NCBI GenBank assembly: GCA_964639725.1
Contig: CAZXFB010000016.1
Span: 2,054-66,053, forward strand
DNA: 64,000 nt
Direction of reading: 5' to 3'
From: an uncultured Rikenellaceae bacterium
Lineage (GTDB): Bacteria > Bacteroidota > Bacteroidia > Bacteroidales > VadinHA17
In this document: positions 19,994 through 30,188 of the stretch, piece after piece
Numbering within the stretch: position 1 is the stretch's first letter
Layout of the letters: each line of letters starts with the position of its first letter
The notes under the pieces: model-generated
Told to the model about the DNA's origin: nothing
The model's database searches: none
The model's input: the letters and a program-made list of their open reading frames with translations, nothing else
Program-made: the position numbers and the translations under genes

Positions 19994-20464
19994 TTATTTT
20001 GAAAGAACAGGGATCTGTCTGTTAATTGACTCTTCAAGAGATATAAGTGTCTCTGTGCGTGTAATACCGGAGATATTCTGTATCTTATCAGTAAGAATCT
20101 CACGTAGATGTTCATTATCACGGGTATAAACCTTAATGAAGAGTGAATAATTACCCGTGGTGTAATGACATTCTATTATCTCAGGAATATCTTTAAACCT
20201 GGCAATCACATCCCTGTAATGACCGGGATGTTCAAGAAAAATACCAATATAAGCACAGGTTTTGAATCCGACCATCACAGGATCGACTTTAAACTCAGAT
20301 CCTCTGACTACACCTATTCTTATAAGCCGTTGTACACGCTGATGAATAGCTGCACCTGAAACACCGCACTCTCGGGCTACCTCCAGATAAGGGATCCTTG
20401 CATTTTTTGTAATAATATCCAGGATCTTTCTATCAAGGTCATCTATTTGCAAGTTTTCTATCAT
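19994..20464 (-). CDS. asnC: Lrp/AsnC family transcriptional regulator
   Basis: IDDLDRKIL..NARIPYLEVARECGVSGAAIHQRV; ECHYTTGNY. Confidence 0.88.
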   Translation of the reverse strand: MIENLQIDDLDRKILDIITKNARIPYLEVARECGVSGAAIHQRVQRLIRIGVVRGSEFKVDPVMVGFKTCAYIGIFLEHPGHYRDVIARFKDIPEIIECHYTTGNYSLFIKVYTRDNEHLREILTDKIQNISGITRTETLISLEESINRQIPVLSK

Positions 20465-20580
20465 GTCAATAAATTTATTTAGTGCAAATACTCTTAAACT
20501 TTAGTAAAAGGTAGATAAAATTTACCTGAATAACAATTTTTTCTTTGTGTAAAAAAGATCTTAAATTTATTTTTACTCAA

Positions 20581-21501
20581 TTAAAGATCTTTTCTGTTAA
20601 TAAATCCAATGATTTCCTTAACATCAGAAAAACCTTTGTTAATAAGGTAGTTATTAATACCATCAAGGATTTTAACAGAGATCTGGGGATCAATAAATGA
20701 TGCAGTACCTATCTGAACTGCTGAAGCGCCTGCAAGAAAGAATTCGATGGCATCAGAAGTTGTCATAATTCCTCCCATTCCTATGACAGGAATTTTAACA
20801 GCTTTTGCAACCTGCCACACCATCCTTAGCGCAACCGGCCTCACTGCAGGCCCGGATAATCCTCCGGTAATTGTAGAAAGAGCTGGAATCATCTTCTCAG
20901 TATCAACCGACATCCCAAGGATTGTATTGATCAAAGATACTGAATCAGCTCCCTCTTCTTCTGCAATTCTGGCAAAATCAACAATATTTGTCACATTGGG
21001 TGATAATTTGACAATGACTTTTTTCGAATATACTTTCCTTACCTCTCTGGTTACATCTCGTGCTGAATCTGGATTAGTCCCAAAAGCCATACCTCCCATC
21101 TTTACATTAGGACAGGAAATATTAAGCTCTATAGCCGGAATTTTTTCCAGCTTGTTAATTCTTTCTGCCAGAGCAACATATTCCTCAATATAACTACCAT
21201 TTATATTTACAATAATGTTAGTATCAAAACCTGATATACGCGGGTATATATTTTTCTCAAAATAATCGATCCCTTTGTTCTGCAAACCAACAGAATTTAG
21301 CATTCCCGAAGGTGTCTCGACCATTCTGGGATATGGATTACCCTCTCTGGCTTCAAGAGTAGTTCCCTTAACCACAATCCCTCCTAACTTTGCAATATCA
21401 ATAAAATCAGTAAATTCCGGACCATAACCAAATGTTCCGGATGCAGTAAGCACCGGATTTTTAAAATTAAGATCGCCGATTGCAAAACCAAGGTTCACCA
21501 T
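20581..21501 (-). CDS. pyrD: Dihydroorotate dehydrogenase B, catalytic subunit
   Basis: [33 protein letters not shown]. Confidence 0.96.
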   Translation of the reverse strand: MVNLGFAIGDLNFKNPVLTASGTFGYGPEFTDFIDIAKLGGIVVKGTTLEAREGNPYPRMVETPSGMLNSVGLQNKGIDYFEKNIYPRISGFDTNIIVNINGSYIEEYVALAERINKLEKIPAIELNISCPNVKMGGMAFGTNPDSARDVTREVRKVYSKKVIVKLSPNVTNIVDFARIAEEEGADSVSLINTILGMSVDTEKMIPALSTITGGLSGPAVRPVALRMVWQVAKAVKIPVIGMGGIMTTSDAIEFFLAGASAVQIGTASFIDPQISVKILDGINNYLINKGFSDVKEIIGFINRKDL

Positions 21502-22262
21502 TTCAGTTCATTTATGTTGAAAACAGGCCCGTCAATACATGAACATAGATTTCCTTTAACAGTGTCAACAACGCAGCATAAACATGCTCCTATTCCACAA
21601 GCCATAAGGTTTTCAAGAGATACTTCACAGTCGATTGATTGTTTACCGCAGTAAGTGGCAATTGCTTTCATCATTGATTCAGGTCCGCAGCAATATATTT
21701 TAGAATAAGGAAGTTTTTTCATCTGGGAATGATCAGTCACGTACCCTTTTTCACCTAAAGAACCATCTTCTGTTGAGATGAAAACATTCCCAATTTTATT
21801 GTACTCCTCATACTCAATAATCCGTTCTTTGTTTCTGAAGCCGAGAAGTATATCAAATTGATAATCATTATTTTTCAAAAAGTTACCTAAGAACAATAAA
21901 GGAGCTATGCCACAACCACCACCAATAAGTAATGATCTTCCTTCATTCGGAGGAAGTGTGAAAGAATTTCCAAGAGGGTATATAAGGTTAAGGTAATCGC
22001 CTTTATGAAGCATAGAGAGAGATTTTGTTCCTTTACCGGCAATCTGGATAAGCAGTTTAAAAGTATTACGTTCATAATCAACATTATGAATGGAGACAGG
22101 TCTTCTAAGAAATGTTTCAGGACTCCCTTCTACTTTCACCTGAACAAATTGTCCAGGCCGCATTTCAGGGATCTTACTTTCTGCAATCAGTTCCAGTACA
22201 AAGAAATCTTTATTAAGATGTCTGTTTTCAATAATTTTCAGATTCTCGATACGCTTAGTCAT
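21495..22262 (-). CDS. pyrK: Dihydroorotate dehydrogenase electron transfer subunit
   Basis: [18 protein letters not shown] and [16 protein letters not shown] 2Fe-2S motif. Confidence 0.95.
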   Translation of the reverse strand: MTKRIENLKIIENRHLNKDFFVLELIAESKIPEMRPGQFVQVKVEGSPETFLRRPVSIHNVDYERNTFKLLIQIAGKGTKSLSMLHKGDYLNLIYPLGNSFTLPPNEGRSLLIGGGCGIAPLLFLGNFLKNNDYQFDILLGFRNKERIIEYEEYNKIGNVFISTEDGSLGEKGYVTDHSQMKKLPYSKIYCCGPESMMKAIATYCGKQSIDCEVSLENLMACGIGACLCCVVDTVKGNLCSCIDGPVFNINELKW

Positions 22263-22345
22263 CAACCTCTATTTAACACAAAGATAATTTTAAAGCTTGA
22301 TTTTTTAAAGTTTTATGCAAAGTGACACGTAAATTTATTCTGTAT

Positions 22346-22783
22346 TTAATCATTTACAGGGAAAAACTCTTTATAACGATTATTATCATAAAACCATATA
22401 ATGCTTCTGACTGAAGTATTTTTGTCTTTTACAGCCCTTTTTTCATCAGGTTCATTTTTTATTTCATCAATTAATTCAGAATTGAATGATCTATCTTTTA
22501 TATCCTGATCCCTCTGTATACTAATGGTTTCTTTCTTAATATCATCATCCTCAAAAAGTGAATGCATAGAGTTATCCCTGTACATATGTCCTTTTCCGAA
22601 CAAGAGCCAATCGGTTGAAAGAAATGAGTATTTCTCCAGCATTTTAATTACAAAATCGAGGCTTGGATTATTTCTACCGGAAAGAATGTGGGAGATACCA
22701 GAAGGCTGAACACCAATATCTTCAGCCAACTGAGCAGAAGATTTATTTTCCGCTTTTAAAAATTCCAATATTCGTTCTTTCAT
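22346..22783 (-). CDS. XRE-family HTH DNA-binding protein with charged linker and short C-terminal beta motif
   Basis: HTH SAQLAEDIGVQPSGISHILSGRNNPS, DWLLFGKG, C-terminal SIIWFYDNNRYKEF. Confidence 0.85.
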   Translation of the reverse strand: MKERILEFLKAENKSSAQLAEDIGVQPSGISHILSGRNNPSLDFVIKMLEKYSFLSTDWLLFGKGHMYRDNSMHSLFEDDDIKKETISIQRDQDIKDRSFNSELIDEIKNEPDEKRAVKDKNTSVRSIIWFYDNNRYKEFFPVND

Positions 22784-22798
22784 ACTTTCGAATTTGAA

Positions 22799-23232
22799 TT
22801 ACAAATGTAAACATAAAAAACTTTACATGTGTCATATTGTGTAATTACATTTGTAAATCACATAAACAGATACTCAATTAATGGAATAAAATTAAATATT
22901 ATAAATTTGATATATAAGCTGTTACAAATGTTATTATCTTAACATGCACCACAGATTAGGCGTATATATATCTGGCAATAAGCACTTTATATATGATTTC
23001 TAAACAATACTTATCGATTTACAGTTGATAACTGATATTATATCCTCACCAGTACTTGATTTAAAGAACATATAGCACTGATTTTGTGATTTATATAACC
23101 TTTATTAAATTTCTGCTAAAATAAATTAATTATGTAAAGAAAGAAGCATTAATAATTAGATACAATTGTAATCATTTGGGATTGATCTTGAGATTTACAT
23201 GTGTAACCATACAACTTAGTTTACATTTGTAT
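22799..23232. repeat. Array of palindromic TTACA-NN-TGTAA sites (putative operators)
   Basis: Perfect copies at 22799, 22845, 23195; one-mismatch copies at 22823, 22922, 23160, 23221; weaker copies at 23019 and 23126. Confidence 0.85.
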
Positions 23233-23549
23233 TCTTATTGCGCTTTTGTAACCCTGTTGAGGATTATTAGTTACAGATCTCCAGTAAGGATCGTACAAAA
23301 CGGACTGCTCTACTGATCAGTGGCAAATATTCAATTCTCATATAGATGAGCTATTTTAAGAAATAATGAATGAACAGAAATGACGAATCAATGCTCCTAC
23401 TCTCAATTTGATAAGTATCTACTGATCTGCTGATACGGAAGTGACAATTGACAAATCGTGAATAAATACAGTATTAGTTCATAACTGATTGTCATCTGAA
23501 TGAATCAGAAGTGTTATTTCATGAATAAATGAGATCTGATATTAATTCA

Positions 23550-24935
23550 CTACTCCGGTTTATAGTTTCTTGCTGCATTATCATCTAATTCGTTCTCTGA
23601 ACGTGCAATTACTGCTGTTGCCAGGCAGTTTCCTATAACATTTACTGCAGTACGTGCCATATCCATAAGAACATCAATGCCAAGAATAATGAAAATAGGT
23701 TCTACCGGGAGTCCGAAACTTACAGCTGTACCCATCAAAATAACAAGTGAAGCTCTGGAAACCCCTGCAACACCTTTACTTGTAAGCATTAAGGTAAAGC
23801 ATATAAGCAATTGTTTATCCAGGGGAAGATCTATCCCTGCAGCCTGAGCAACAAATATTGTTGCAAGTGAAAGATATAATGTAGTGCCATCAAGATTAAA
23901 GCTATATCCCGTTGGAATAACAAATGCAACGATCTTTCTGGGAATGCCAAACTTTTCCATAGACTCCATTGCAGAAGGTAATGCAGATTCAGAATTAGAT
24001 GTTGCGAATGCAATAGTTGCCGGTTCGGATACTGCTTTTATAAATTGCTTTATCGGAATACGGAATATAAGAGCAACAGGAACTAAAACAAAGAGAAGAA
24101 AAACTATAAGAGCCACATATAAAGTTGCCAGAAGTTTAAATAAGTTATATAAAATGTCAAGGCCCATATGCCCCACTGTATATGCTATTGCTGAAAATAC
24201 TGCAATTGGTGCCATATACATAACGATATTGGTGAACTTGAACATGGTTTCAGCAAGACTTTCACTGAATCTAATCATTGGGGACCTGTATCTTTCTTTT
24301 ATCATTGCGACAGCAATTCCAAAAATAATACTGAAAATCACTATCTGTAGTATTTGCCCGTCGAATATTGCCTTAGCAATGTTTTCAGGGAAAATATGAA
24401 GAAAAAAATCACTGGTCGATTGAGCTTTAATAGAAGTGATTGCAGGCACATCAGGGTTTGGAGGCAAAACAACTCCTACTCCTGCTTTTCCGATATTAAT
24501 TGCCAGAAGTCCAATAAATAAAGCGATAGTTGAAACTATTTCGAAATAAAGAAGCGATTTCCAGCCCATTCTCCCTATCTGTTTTATATCAGCATGTCCT
24601 GCAATACCCACTACAAGAGTTGAAAAAAGAAGCGGTGCAATAATAGTTTTTATCAATCTCAGAAATATATCGCTGAACACCTGAAGTTTTTTTGCTACAA
24701 CTGGTACATCATATCCAAATTCGGCTCCGGCTACCATACATACAAGTATCCAAGTTGTGAGAGACTTTTTACGAAATGCAAAAATAAACAAAACTACAAC
24801 ACTTAATATCCTGAATAAAAATAGAATATCAGGTGATATATCAAGTAAATGATTAGCTTGAATAACAAGTAATACCAAAGTAATACTTATAATACCGAAA
24901 AGAAGGTAGGGAAAATATTTCCAGACTTTAAGCAT
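23550..24935 (-). CDS. Dicarboxylate/amino acid:cation symporter (GltP-like, DAACS)
   Basis: AFATSNSESALP, PTGYSFNLDG, DMARTAVNVIGN. Confidence 0.92.
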   Translation of the reverse strand: MLKVWKYFPYLLFGIISITLVLLVIQANHLLDISPDILFLFRILSVVVLFIFAFRKKSLTTWILVCMVAGAEFGYDVPVVAKKLQVFSDIFLRLIKTIIAPLLFSTLVVGIAGHADIKQIGRMGWKSLLYFEIVSTIALFIGLLAINIGKAGVGVVLPPNPDVPAITSIKAQSTSDFFLHIFPENIAKAIFDGQILQIVIFSIIFGIAVAMIKERYRSPMIRFSESLAETMFKFTNIVMYMAPIAVFSAIAYTVGHMGLDILYNLFKLLATLYVALIVFLLFVLVPVALIFRIPIKQFIKAVSEPATIAFATSNSESALPSAMESMEKFGIPRKIVAFVIPTGYSFNLDGTTLYLSLATIFVAQAAGIDLPLDKQLLICFTLMLTSKGVAGVSRASLVILMGTAVSFGLPVEPIFIILGIDVLMDMARTAVNVIGNCLATAVIARSENELDDNAARNYKPE

Positions 24936-24979
24936 AGAATCAGATATCTAAAAAAGGTTTAATTAATCGAGTCTATTCA

Positions 24980-25516
24980 TCAGCCGCAACCACCGGCACA
25001 ACCTGAATGCTTATTTTCGCCACAGCCAGAACAAGAGTGACTGGTTGCTGCCTTTTCCTCATCAGTAGCATCACGGACATCAATAATTTTTCCTGAAAAG
25101 AATAGATCTGTACCTGCCATAGGATGATTAAAATCCATCTTTACAAATGTGTCAGTAATTTCATTAATAGTCCCTTTAATTGTATTCCCATTGGGATCTG
25201 TCATAGGAACTTCGTTACCTACCTGGCAAATCTCTTCATCTATTTTTCCATCAATTTCAAAAACGGAAATGGGGACATTAATTACCATATCCTCCCTCTT
25301 CTCCCCATAAGCGAGGTCAGAATTCAAAGTGAAGCTGAAACTGTCCCCATTCTTTAAAGAATACAGATTACTCTCGAAACCAGGAAGCAATCTACCTGAT
25401 CCATAGATAAAAGTAAGTGGTTTATTTTCATCAAGTGCTTCAATTATAATCCCTTCTGAATTATTTTCCCTAAGTTCATATAATAATGAGACAACTCTAT
25501 TATTTTCAATATTCAT
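24980..25516 (-). CDS. slyD: FKBP-type peptidyl-prolyl isomerase, SlyD-like
   Basis: PLTFIYG..LLPGFE, AYGE, DFNHPMAG, Cys/His-rich tail. Confidence 0.88.
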   Translation of the reverse strand: MNIENNRVVSLLYELRENNSEGIIIEALDENKPLTFIYGSGRLLPGFESNLYSLKNGDSFSFTLNSDLAYGEKREDMVINVPISVFEIDGKIDEEICQVGNEVPMTDPNGNTIKGTINEITDTFVKMDFNHPMAGTDLFFSGKIIDVRDATDEEKAATSHSCSGCGENKHSGCAGGCG

Positions 25517-25733
25517 AACTCTGATTTTTTTCGGTTCAAATATAATTTATTTTCCGAGCTATTATGAAAGAATTTATTAAATCCACCAACCGGTAAAGTG
25601 ATTCATCGGTAGAAAAATATATCACGTATGGTCAGTGCAATATTTAAATCATTGATAAATAAATATTTACATATGCTTCTTTGATTTTAATAAATTATAA
25701 GTGTTTAGTTATTGAAATAAGGATAAGCATCTC

Positions 25734-26306
25734 CTAAAATATAAAACTTACCCTGATTTCAGGATCACTATAAATGTCATAATATGAATCATTTAATGCC
25801 CATAGTACCATAAAATTAAGTGATGATCTTCTGCCAAAATGCTGACTTATACCAGCACCTGTCAGCACTGTATTCAGATAGAACCGGGAAGAAGAATAAG
25901 GTGGATTCTTCCAGAATGATGATTCAAGACTCAGAAGTTCGTTTTCACAATGCAGAAATATGCCTGTATTTGATCCAATAGGGAGGAATGAATTAATATC
26001 CTGAATTATAACAAACTGCAGATATGTTCTTAAGCCGTATATATCAGTACTCAGATAATGGTTTTTATAGAACCTGTAATTTGGTCCTGCAGCAACTGCC
26101 AGACGGGGTAATACCCATATTCCGACGACTGGTGATACCTGGATATCAGTAATAGAACCAAGTTGAAGGCCAAAACTTCCACCATAGAACAACCTGTCTT
26201 TCAAAGGTGGGATTTCACTTCTTACCCTTTGAGCACTTAATTCCGGCACTGAAATGATAAAAAGAAATATAATTATTCTTATAAAAGTAATTTTTCGATG
26301 TAACAT
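25734..26306 (-). CDS. Hypothetical outer-membrane beta-barrel protein
   Basis: Signal peptide from ATG 26306; FYGGSFGLQLG; C-terminal RVSFIF. Confidence 0.6.
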   Translation of the reverse strand: MLHRKITFIRIIIFLFIISVPELSAQRVRSEIPPLKDRLFYGGSFGLQLGSITDIQVSPVVGIWVLPRLAVAAGPNYRFYKNHYLSTDIYGLRTYLQFVIIQDINSFLPIGSNTGIFLHCENELLSLESSFWKNPPYSSSRFYLNTVLTGAGISQHFGRRSSLNFMVLWALNDSYYDIYSDPEIRVSFIF

Positions 26307-26435
26307 ATTCAAACCATATTTTAATATCATATCAATATTTTTACAATCGGAGAAGGCAATTAAATAAAATTTTTGCTTTCTGAAGATCTTTAAAAGTGCG
26401 TTCTTCCTATATTCCAAAGGAAACAAAAGAGAGAG

Positions 26436-27242
26436 TTATTTTTCTATTTTATCATAAGAAGCAACAATTCCTTTTATTAAAGATGAGCTAAAACCATTAT
26501 GTTCCATTTCGTTTAATCCAACAATTGTACATCCTTTTGGAGTGGTTACTTTATCAATTTCAAATTCAGGATGCTCATTTCTTTCAATAAGCAATTCTGC
26601 AGCTCCCTTAACTGTTTGATTTACTATTGCACTAGCCGTTTTAGCATCAAATCCGATCTGGATACCTCCCTGTACCATAGCTCGTATAAATCTTAAGACA
26701 TAAGCAATCCCACATGATCCCAATATTGTTGCTGACTGCATTAACTCCTCATCAATAATCATTGTAGTACCAATTATATCAAATAAGTACTTTACAAACT
26801 CTATCCCGTTAATATTGGCTCCTGTATGGGAGATACACGAAACAGACCGTCCAACACTGGCAGAAATATTTGGCATTACCCTGAATATAGGTACAGAAAT
26901 CCGAACTACTTCCTGTATCTGACTGATTGAAATCCCTGCAGTTACAGAAACCAGAATATGTTTTGAAGGATCAAGGTAATCTCTTATTTCTTCCAGGACA
27001 CTAACAATATTATATGGCTTAACAGCAATTATTATAAGATGTGACTCTTTAATTGCCTTAGTATTATCAGTAGTTAACTGGACTCCATATTCTTCCAGGT
27101 GAGCTAATTCTTCTATGTTTCTCCTCGTTGCAATAATATTCCCGGGAGGGAAAGCCTCATTCTTTATAAGTCCCTGCAATAATGATAAGCCTATATTTCC
27201 ACATCCGATTATTGATACTTTTTTATCTATCATCTCTCTCAT
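26436..27242 (-). CDS. proC: Pyrroline-5-carboxylate reductase
   Basis: IIGCGNIG, AVKP, RVMPN, VTTPKGCT. Confidence 0.95.
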   Translation of the reverse strand: MREMIDKKVSIIGCGNIGLSLLQGLIKNEAFPPGNIIATRRNIEELAHLEEYGVQLTTDNTKAIKESHLIIIAVKPYNIVSVLEEIRDYLDPSKHILVSVTAGISISQIQEVVRISVPIFRVMPNISASVGRSVSCISHTGANINGIEFVKYLFDIIGTTMIIDEELMQSATILGSCGIAYVLRFIRAMVQGGIQIGFDAKTASAIVNQTVKGAAELLIERNEHPEFEIDKVTTPKGCTIVGLNEMEHNGFSSSLIKGIVASYDKIEK

Positions 27243-27474
27243 TTTAATTCGTTAACTAGTGAGCTTAATAATTAAAAATATGTTCACAAATATATGACAA
27301 ATGATAAATATATTAGTTTTGAATGTGGTGAATCAATTAATCTTTTCTGCTTTAAAATCCCAACATCAATTATACCCCGGAAAAAAAGTCCCAATCCCTG
27401 AGCAATAAAGGAAATAATAAATGAATATCTTAGTAAAAAAATAGTTGTTAAACAAATGCTAATCTATAAACAAA

Positions 27475-28176
27475 ATGAACATAATAGTTAACGGAGGGAC
27501 AAAGGGTATTGGAAAAGAGATCGTTACTATTCTTGCCTCTGAAAAAACCAACAAAATTCTGGTGACAGGAAGAGATAAGCTTGCATTAGAAAGCATCAAA
27601 GATGTGGCTTCCCATAAAAACATACTGACTCAAGAAATTGATCTGTCACGATTTGATACTTATTCAGAAGCATTTAAAACATATGTTTATACTCATTTTC
27701 AAAGCATTGACATTCTTATTAATAATGCCGGATCACTCATTAATAAAGAATTCATGTGTTTTTCAGATTCAGAAGCCAGAGAGATGATGGAAACCAATTT
27801 TTTTGGACCTGCTTCCATTATACGAATTATCAGCCCGTTGATGGAAAAAGGTTCACATATAGTAAATATTTCCAGTATGGGTGGTTTTCAGGGAAGCCAG
27901 AAGTATAATGGACTCTCCTATTACAGTGCCTCAAAAGCTGCATTAGCATCACTTACAGAATCACTTGCAAATGAATTTTCAGAGAAGGGAATTATTGTCA
28001 ATTGTCTCTCTCTTGGCGCAGTTCAGACCAAGATGTTTGAGAAAGCATTTCCTGGATTCAGGGCCCCGGTTAATGCAATTGAAATGGCTGAATTCATTAC
28101 CTATTTTGCAATAAACGGAAACAAATATTTTAACGGGATGATCCTGCCAGTAGCAAAAAATAATCCTCATGAATAG
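27475..28176 (+). CDS. SDR family oxidoreductase
   Basis: GGTKGIG, NNAG, YSASK; 3' end overlaps buk by 10 bp. Confidence 0.9.
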   Translation: MNIIVNGGTKGIGKEIVTILASEKTNKILVTGRDKLALESIKDVASHKNILTQEIDLSRFDTYSEAFKTYVYTHFQSIDILINNAGSLINKEFMCFSDSEAREMMETNFFGPASIIRIISPLMEKGSHIVNISSMGGFQGSQKYNGLSYYSASKAALASLTESLANEFSEKGIIVNCLSLGAVQTKMFEKAFPGFRAPVNAIEMAEFITYFAINGNKYFNGMILPVAKNNPHE

Positions 28177-29243
28177 GATTTGATCTCAATCTTACCATCG
28201 AGAGCAAGTAATCCATTAAAAGCCAGTGCTTTGATTTCATCTTCACCAGGGTATATTATAACTTCAGCAATATACTCTACCATAGCTTTTATTTTATCTA
28301 CATGGGCTTTCTGATAAGCCATCCCACCTGTAAGAATAATTGCATTAACTTTCCCATTTAGAACAGATGCCATTGCACCTATTTCTTTTCCAACCTGATA
28401 AGATGCAGCATCACTAATCAAAATTGCCATCTGATCCCCACTTTCAGCCATCCTACACACCTCCTGAAAATCGTTAGTACCCAGATAGGCTACCATTCCT
28501 CCCTTACCTGTTATCATAGCCTGAATCTCTTCCCTGGTGAACCTTCCGCTAAAACAAAGATCAACAAGCTGTCCGGCAGGCAAACCACCTGAACGTTCGG
28601 GAGAGAACGGTCCATCACCATTCAGAGCATTATTTACATCGACAACCTTACCTTTATAATGTGCACCAACACTTATACCTCCACCCATGTGAGCAATAAT
28701 AAGGTTTATATCTTCATATTTTTTCCCAACTGAAGAAGCATACATTCTGGCAACAGCTTTCTGATTCAGTGCATGAAATATTGATATACGTTCAAATTCA
28801 GGATGACCTGATATCCTGGCTTCAGCTTTTAGTTCGTCAACAACAACCGGATCAACAATATATGCAACAGCATGAGGTAATGAAGCTGCAATATCATCAG
28901 CAATTAATCCTCCCAGATTACTTGCATGCTGACCTAAAATACCCTTGACAAGGTCATCTTTCATCTGTTCATTAACGATATAAATACCTGATTCAATAGG
29001 TTTTATTAAGCCTCCCCTTCCAACAACTGCAGCAATCCTCCTGACATTTATTTTCCGGGACTGAAGCTCATTCATAATCAGGTTTTTCCGGAAGTGAAAC
29101 TGATCTGTGATCTTTGCAAACGACAGCAATTCTTCCACAGAGTGTCGCAAAGTCTTTTCAAATATCATTTTCTCTTCCTCAAAAATGGAGAATTTAGTAG
29201 ATGTAGATCCGGGATTGACTGCCAGAATTAGTCTATTTGTCAT
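28167..29243 (-). CDS. buk: Butyrate kinase
   Basis: NPGSTSTK, GRGG, HASNLG, HALNQKA, GPFSPERSG. Confidence 0.95.
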   Translation of the reverse strand: MTNRLILAVNPGSTSTKFSIFEEEKMIFEKTLRHSVEELLSFAKITDQFHFRKNLIMNELQSRKINVRRIAAVVGRGGLIKPIESGIYIVNEQMKDDLVKGILGQHASNLGGLIADDIAASLPHAVAYIVDPVVVDELKAEARISGHPEFERISIFHALNQKAVARMYASSVGKKYEDINLIIAHMGGGISVGAHYKGKVVDVNNALNGDGPFSPERSGGLPAGQLVDLCFSGRFTREEIQAMITGKGGMVAYLGTNDFQEVCRMAESGDQMAILISDAASYQVGKEIGAMASVLNGKVNAIILTGGMAYQKAHVDKIKAMVEYIAEVIIYPGEDEIKALAFNGLLALDGKIEIKSYS

Positions 29244-29284
29244 AAGGAATTAGTTGATGACATTCACAATAAGAGTCTTATTCA

Positions 29285-30187
29285 TCAGGTCATAAGGCAA
29301 GAGAGTGCAATGCAAAAATACTTTGATTTCTCACTTTCACTTCTTGACATTACAATTACAGGCTTTTGGGTACCCCTTATGAGACCTGCTATCTCCCCGT
29401 TTGCAAAAAGCATAAGTCCCTTGTAGAAAGGATTACATGATTCGAGGGAAGGGAACAGAAGAATATCTGCATCACCATTAATTGGTGTTTCAACACCTTT
29501 AATCTCAGCACTTTTTTTATCGCAGGCCAGAAATATATCAAGGGGACCGTCCATGGTGCAGTTTTTAATCTGTCCGCGCTGAGCCATTTTACACATTATT
29601 GCATAATCAATTGAATTCTGAAAATGACGGCTCATTTTTTCTGATGCCCCAATCAGTGCTATTTTCGGCTTTTCAATTCCAAATCTTCCAGCCATTTCAA
29701 TAGCGTAACCAGTCATTGCTATTTTCTGTTCAAGATCAGGGAAAGGTATTACAGCCGGATCAGTAATAAAAATAAGTTTATGGTATGCTGGTATTTCAAG
29801 AGCGGCAACATAACTTAAAACTGCATCTGGAAGCATTAAGCCGGAGTCCTTATCCATTACAGCTTTTAGAAATTTATCAGTACTGACGACCCCTTTCATT
29901 ACAATATCCGCCTCACCTGACTTAGCAAGTCTGACAGCCTCTCTTGAGGCAGAATTCTCATTTCCAGCATCAATTATTGTGAATTTTTTAACATCAAATC
30001 CTGATGATTGACATAATTTAACTATTTCAGTTGAGTTTCCCACTAATAAAGCGTCAATGAAACCAGCGCTTACTGCCTGATTAACAGCACCAAGAGTATT
30101 AATATCCTGAGCCCAGGCAACTGCGATTCGATGCTTCTTCTTAATTGATAGCACTTTATCCACCAATTGGTCAAAAGTTTTGATCAT
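29285..30187 (-). CDS. ptb: Phosphate butyryltransferase-like acyltransferase (divergent paralog)
   Basis: ADIVMKG, TDPAV..P, DGPLD, PVIVMSRS; ATG 30187 follows the upstream stop. Confidence 0.8.
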   Translation of the reverse strand: MIKTFDQLVDKVLSIKKKHRIAVAWAQDINTLGAVNQAVSAGFIDALLVGNSTEIVKLCQSSGFDVKKFTIIDAGNENSASREAVRLAKSGEADIVMKGVVSTDKFLKAVMDKDSGLMLPDAVLSYVAALEIPAYHKLIFITDPAVIPFPDLEQKIAMTGYAIEMAGRFGIEKPKIALIGASEKMSRHFQNSIDYAIMCKMAQRGQIKNCTMDGPLDIFLACDKKSAEIKGVETPINGDADILLFPSLESCNPFYKGLMLFANGEIAGLIRGTQKPVIVMSRSESEKSKYFCIALSCLMT

Positions 30188-30188
30188 A

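Noticed and set aside
23113-23140. dif-like site (ATAA..TTATGTAAAGA)
   Set aside because: Spacer is 5 bp rather than 6 and the XerC arm is poor; likely AT-rich chance
22799-23232. Possible CRISPR array or iteron set
   Set aside because: Repeats are only 12-bp palindromes with irregular spacing (22-238 bp); no cas or rep gene
23884-24399. Longer antisense ORFs (also 20747-21193, 54916-55371, 8439-8849 and others)
   Set aside because: Shadow ORFs opposite well-supported genes, with no recognisable motifs
24980-25045. Cys/His-rich tail
   Set aside because: Expected metal-binding tail of SlyD
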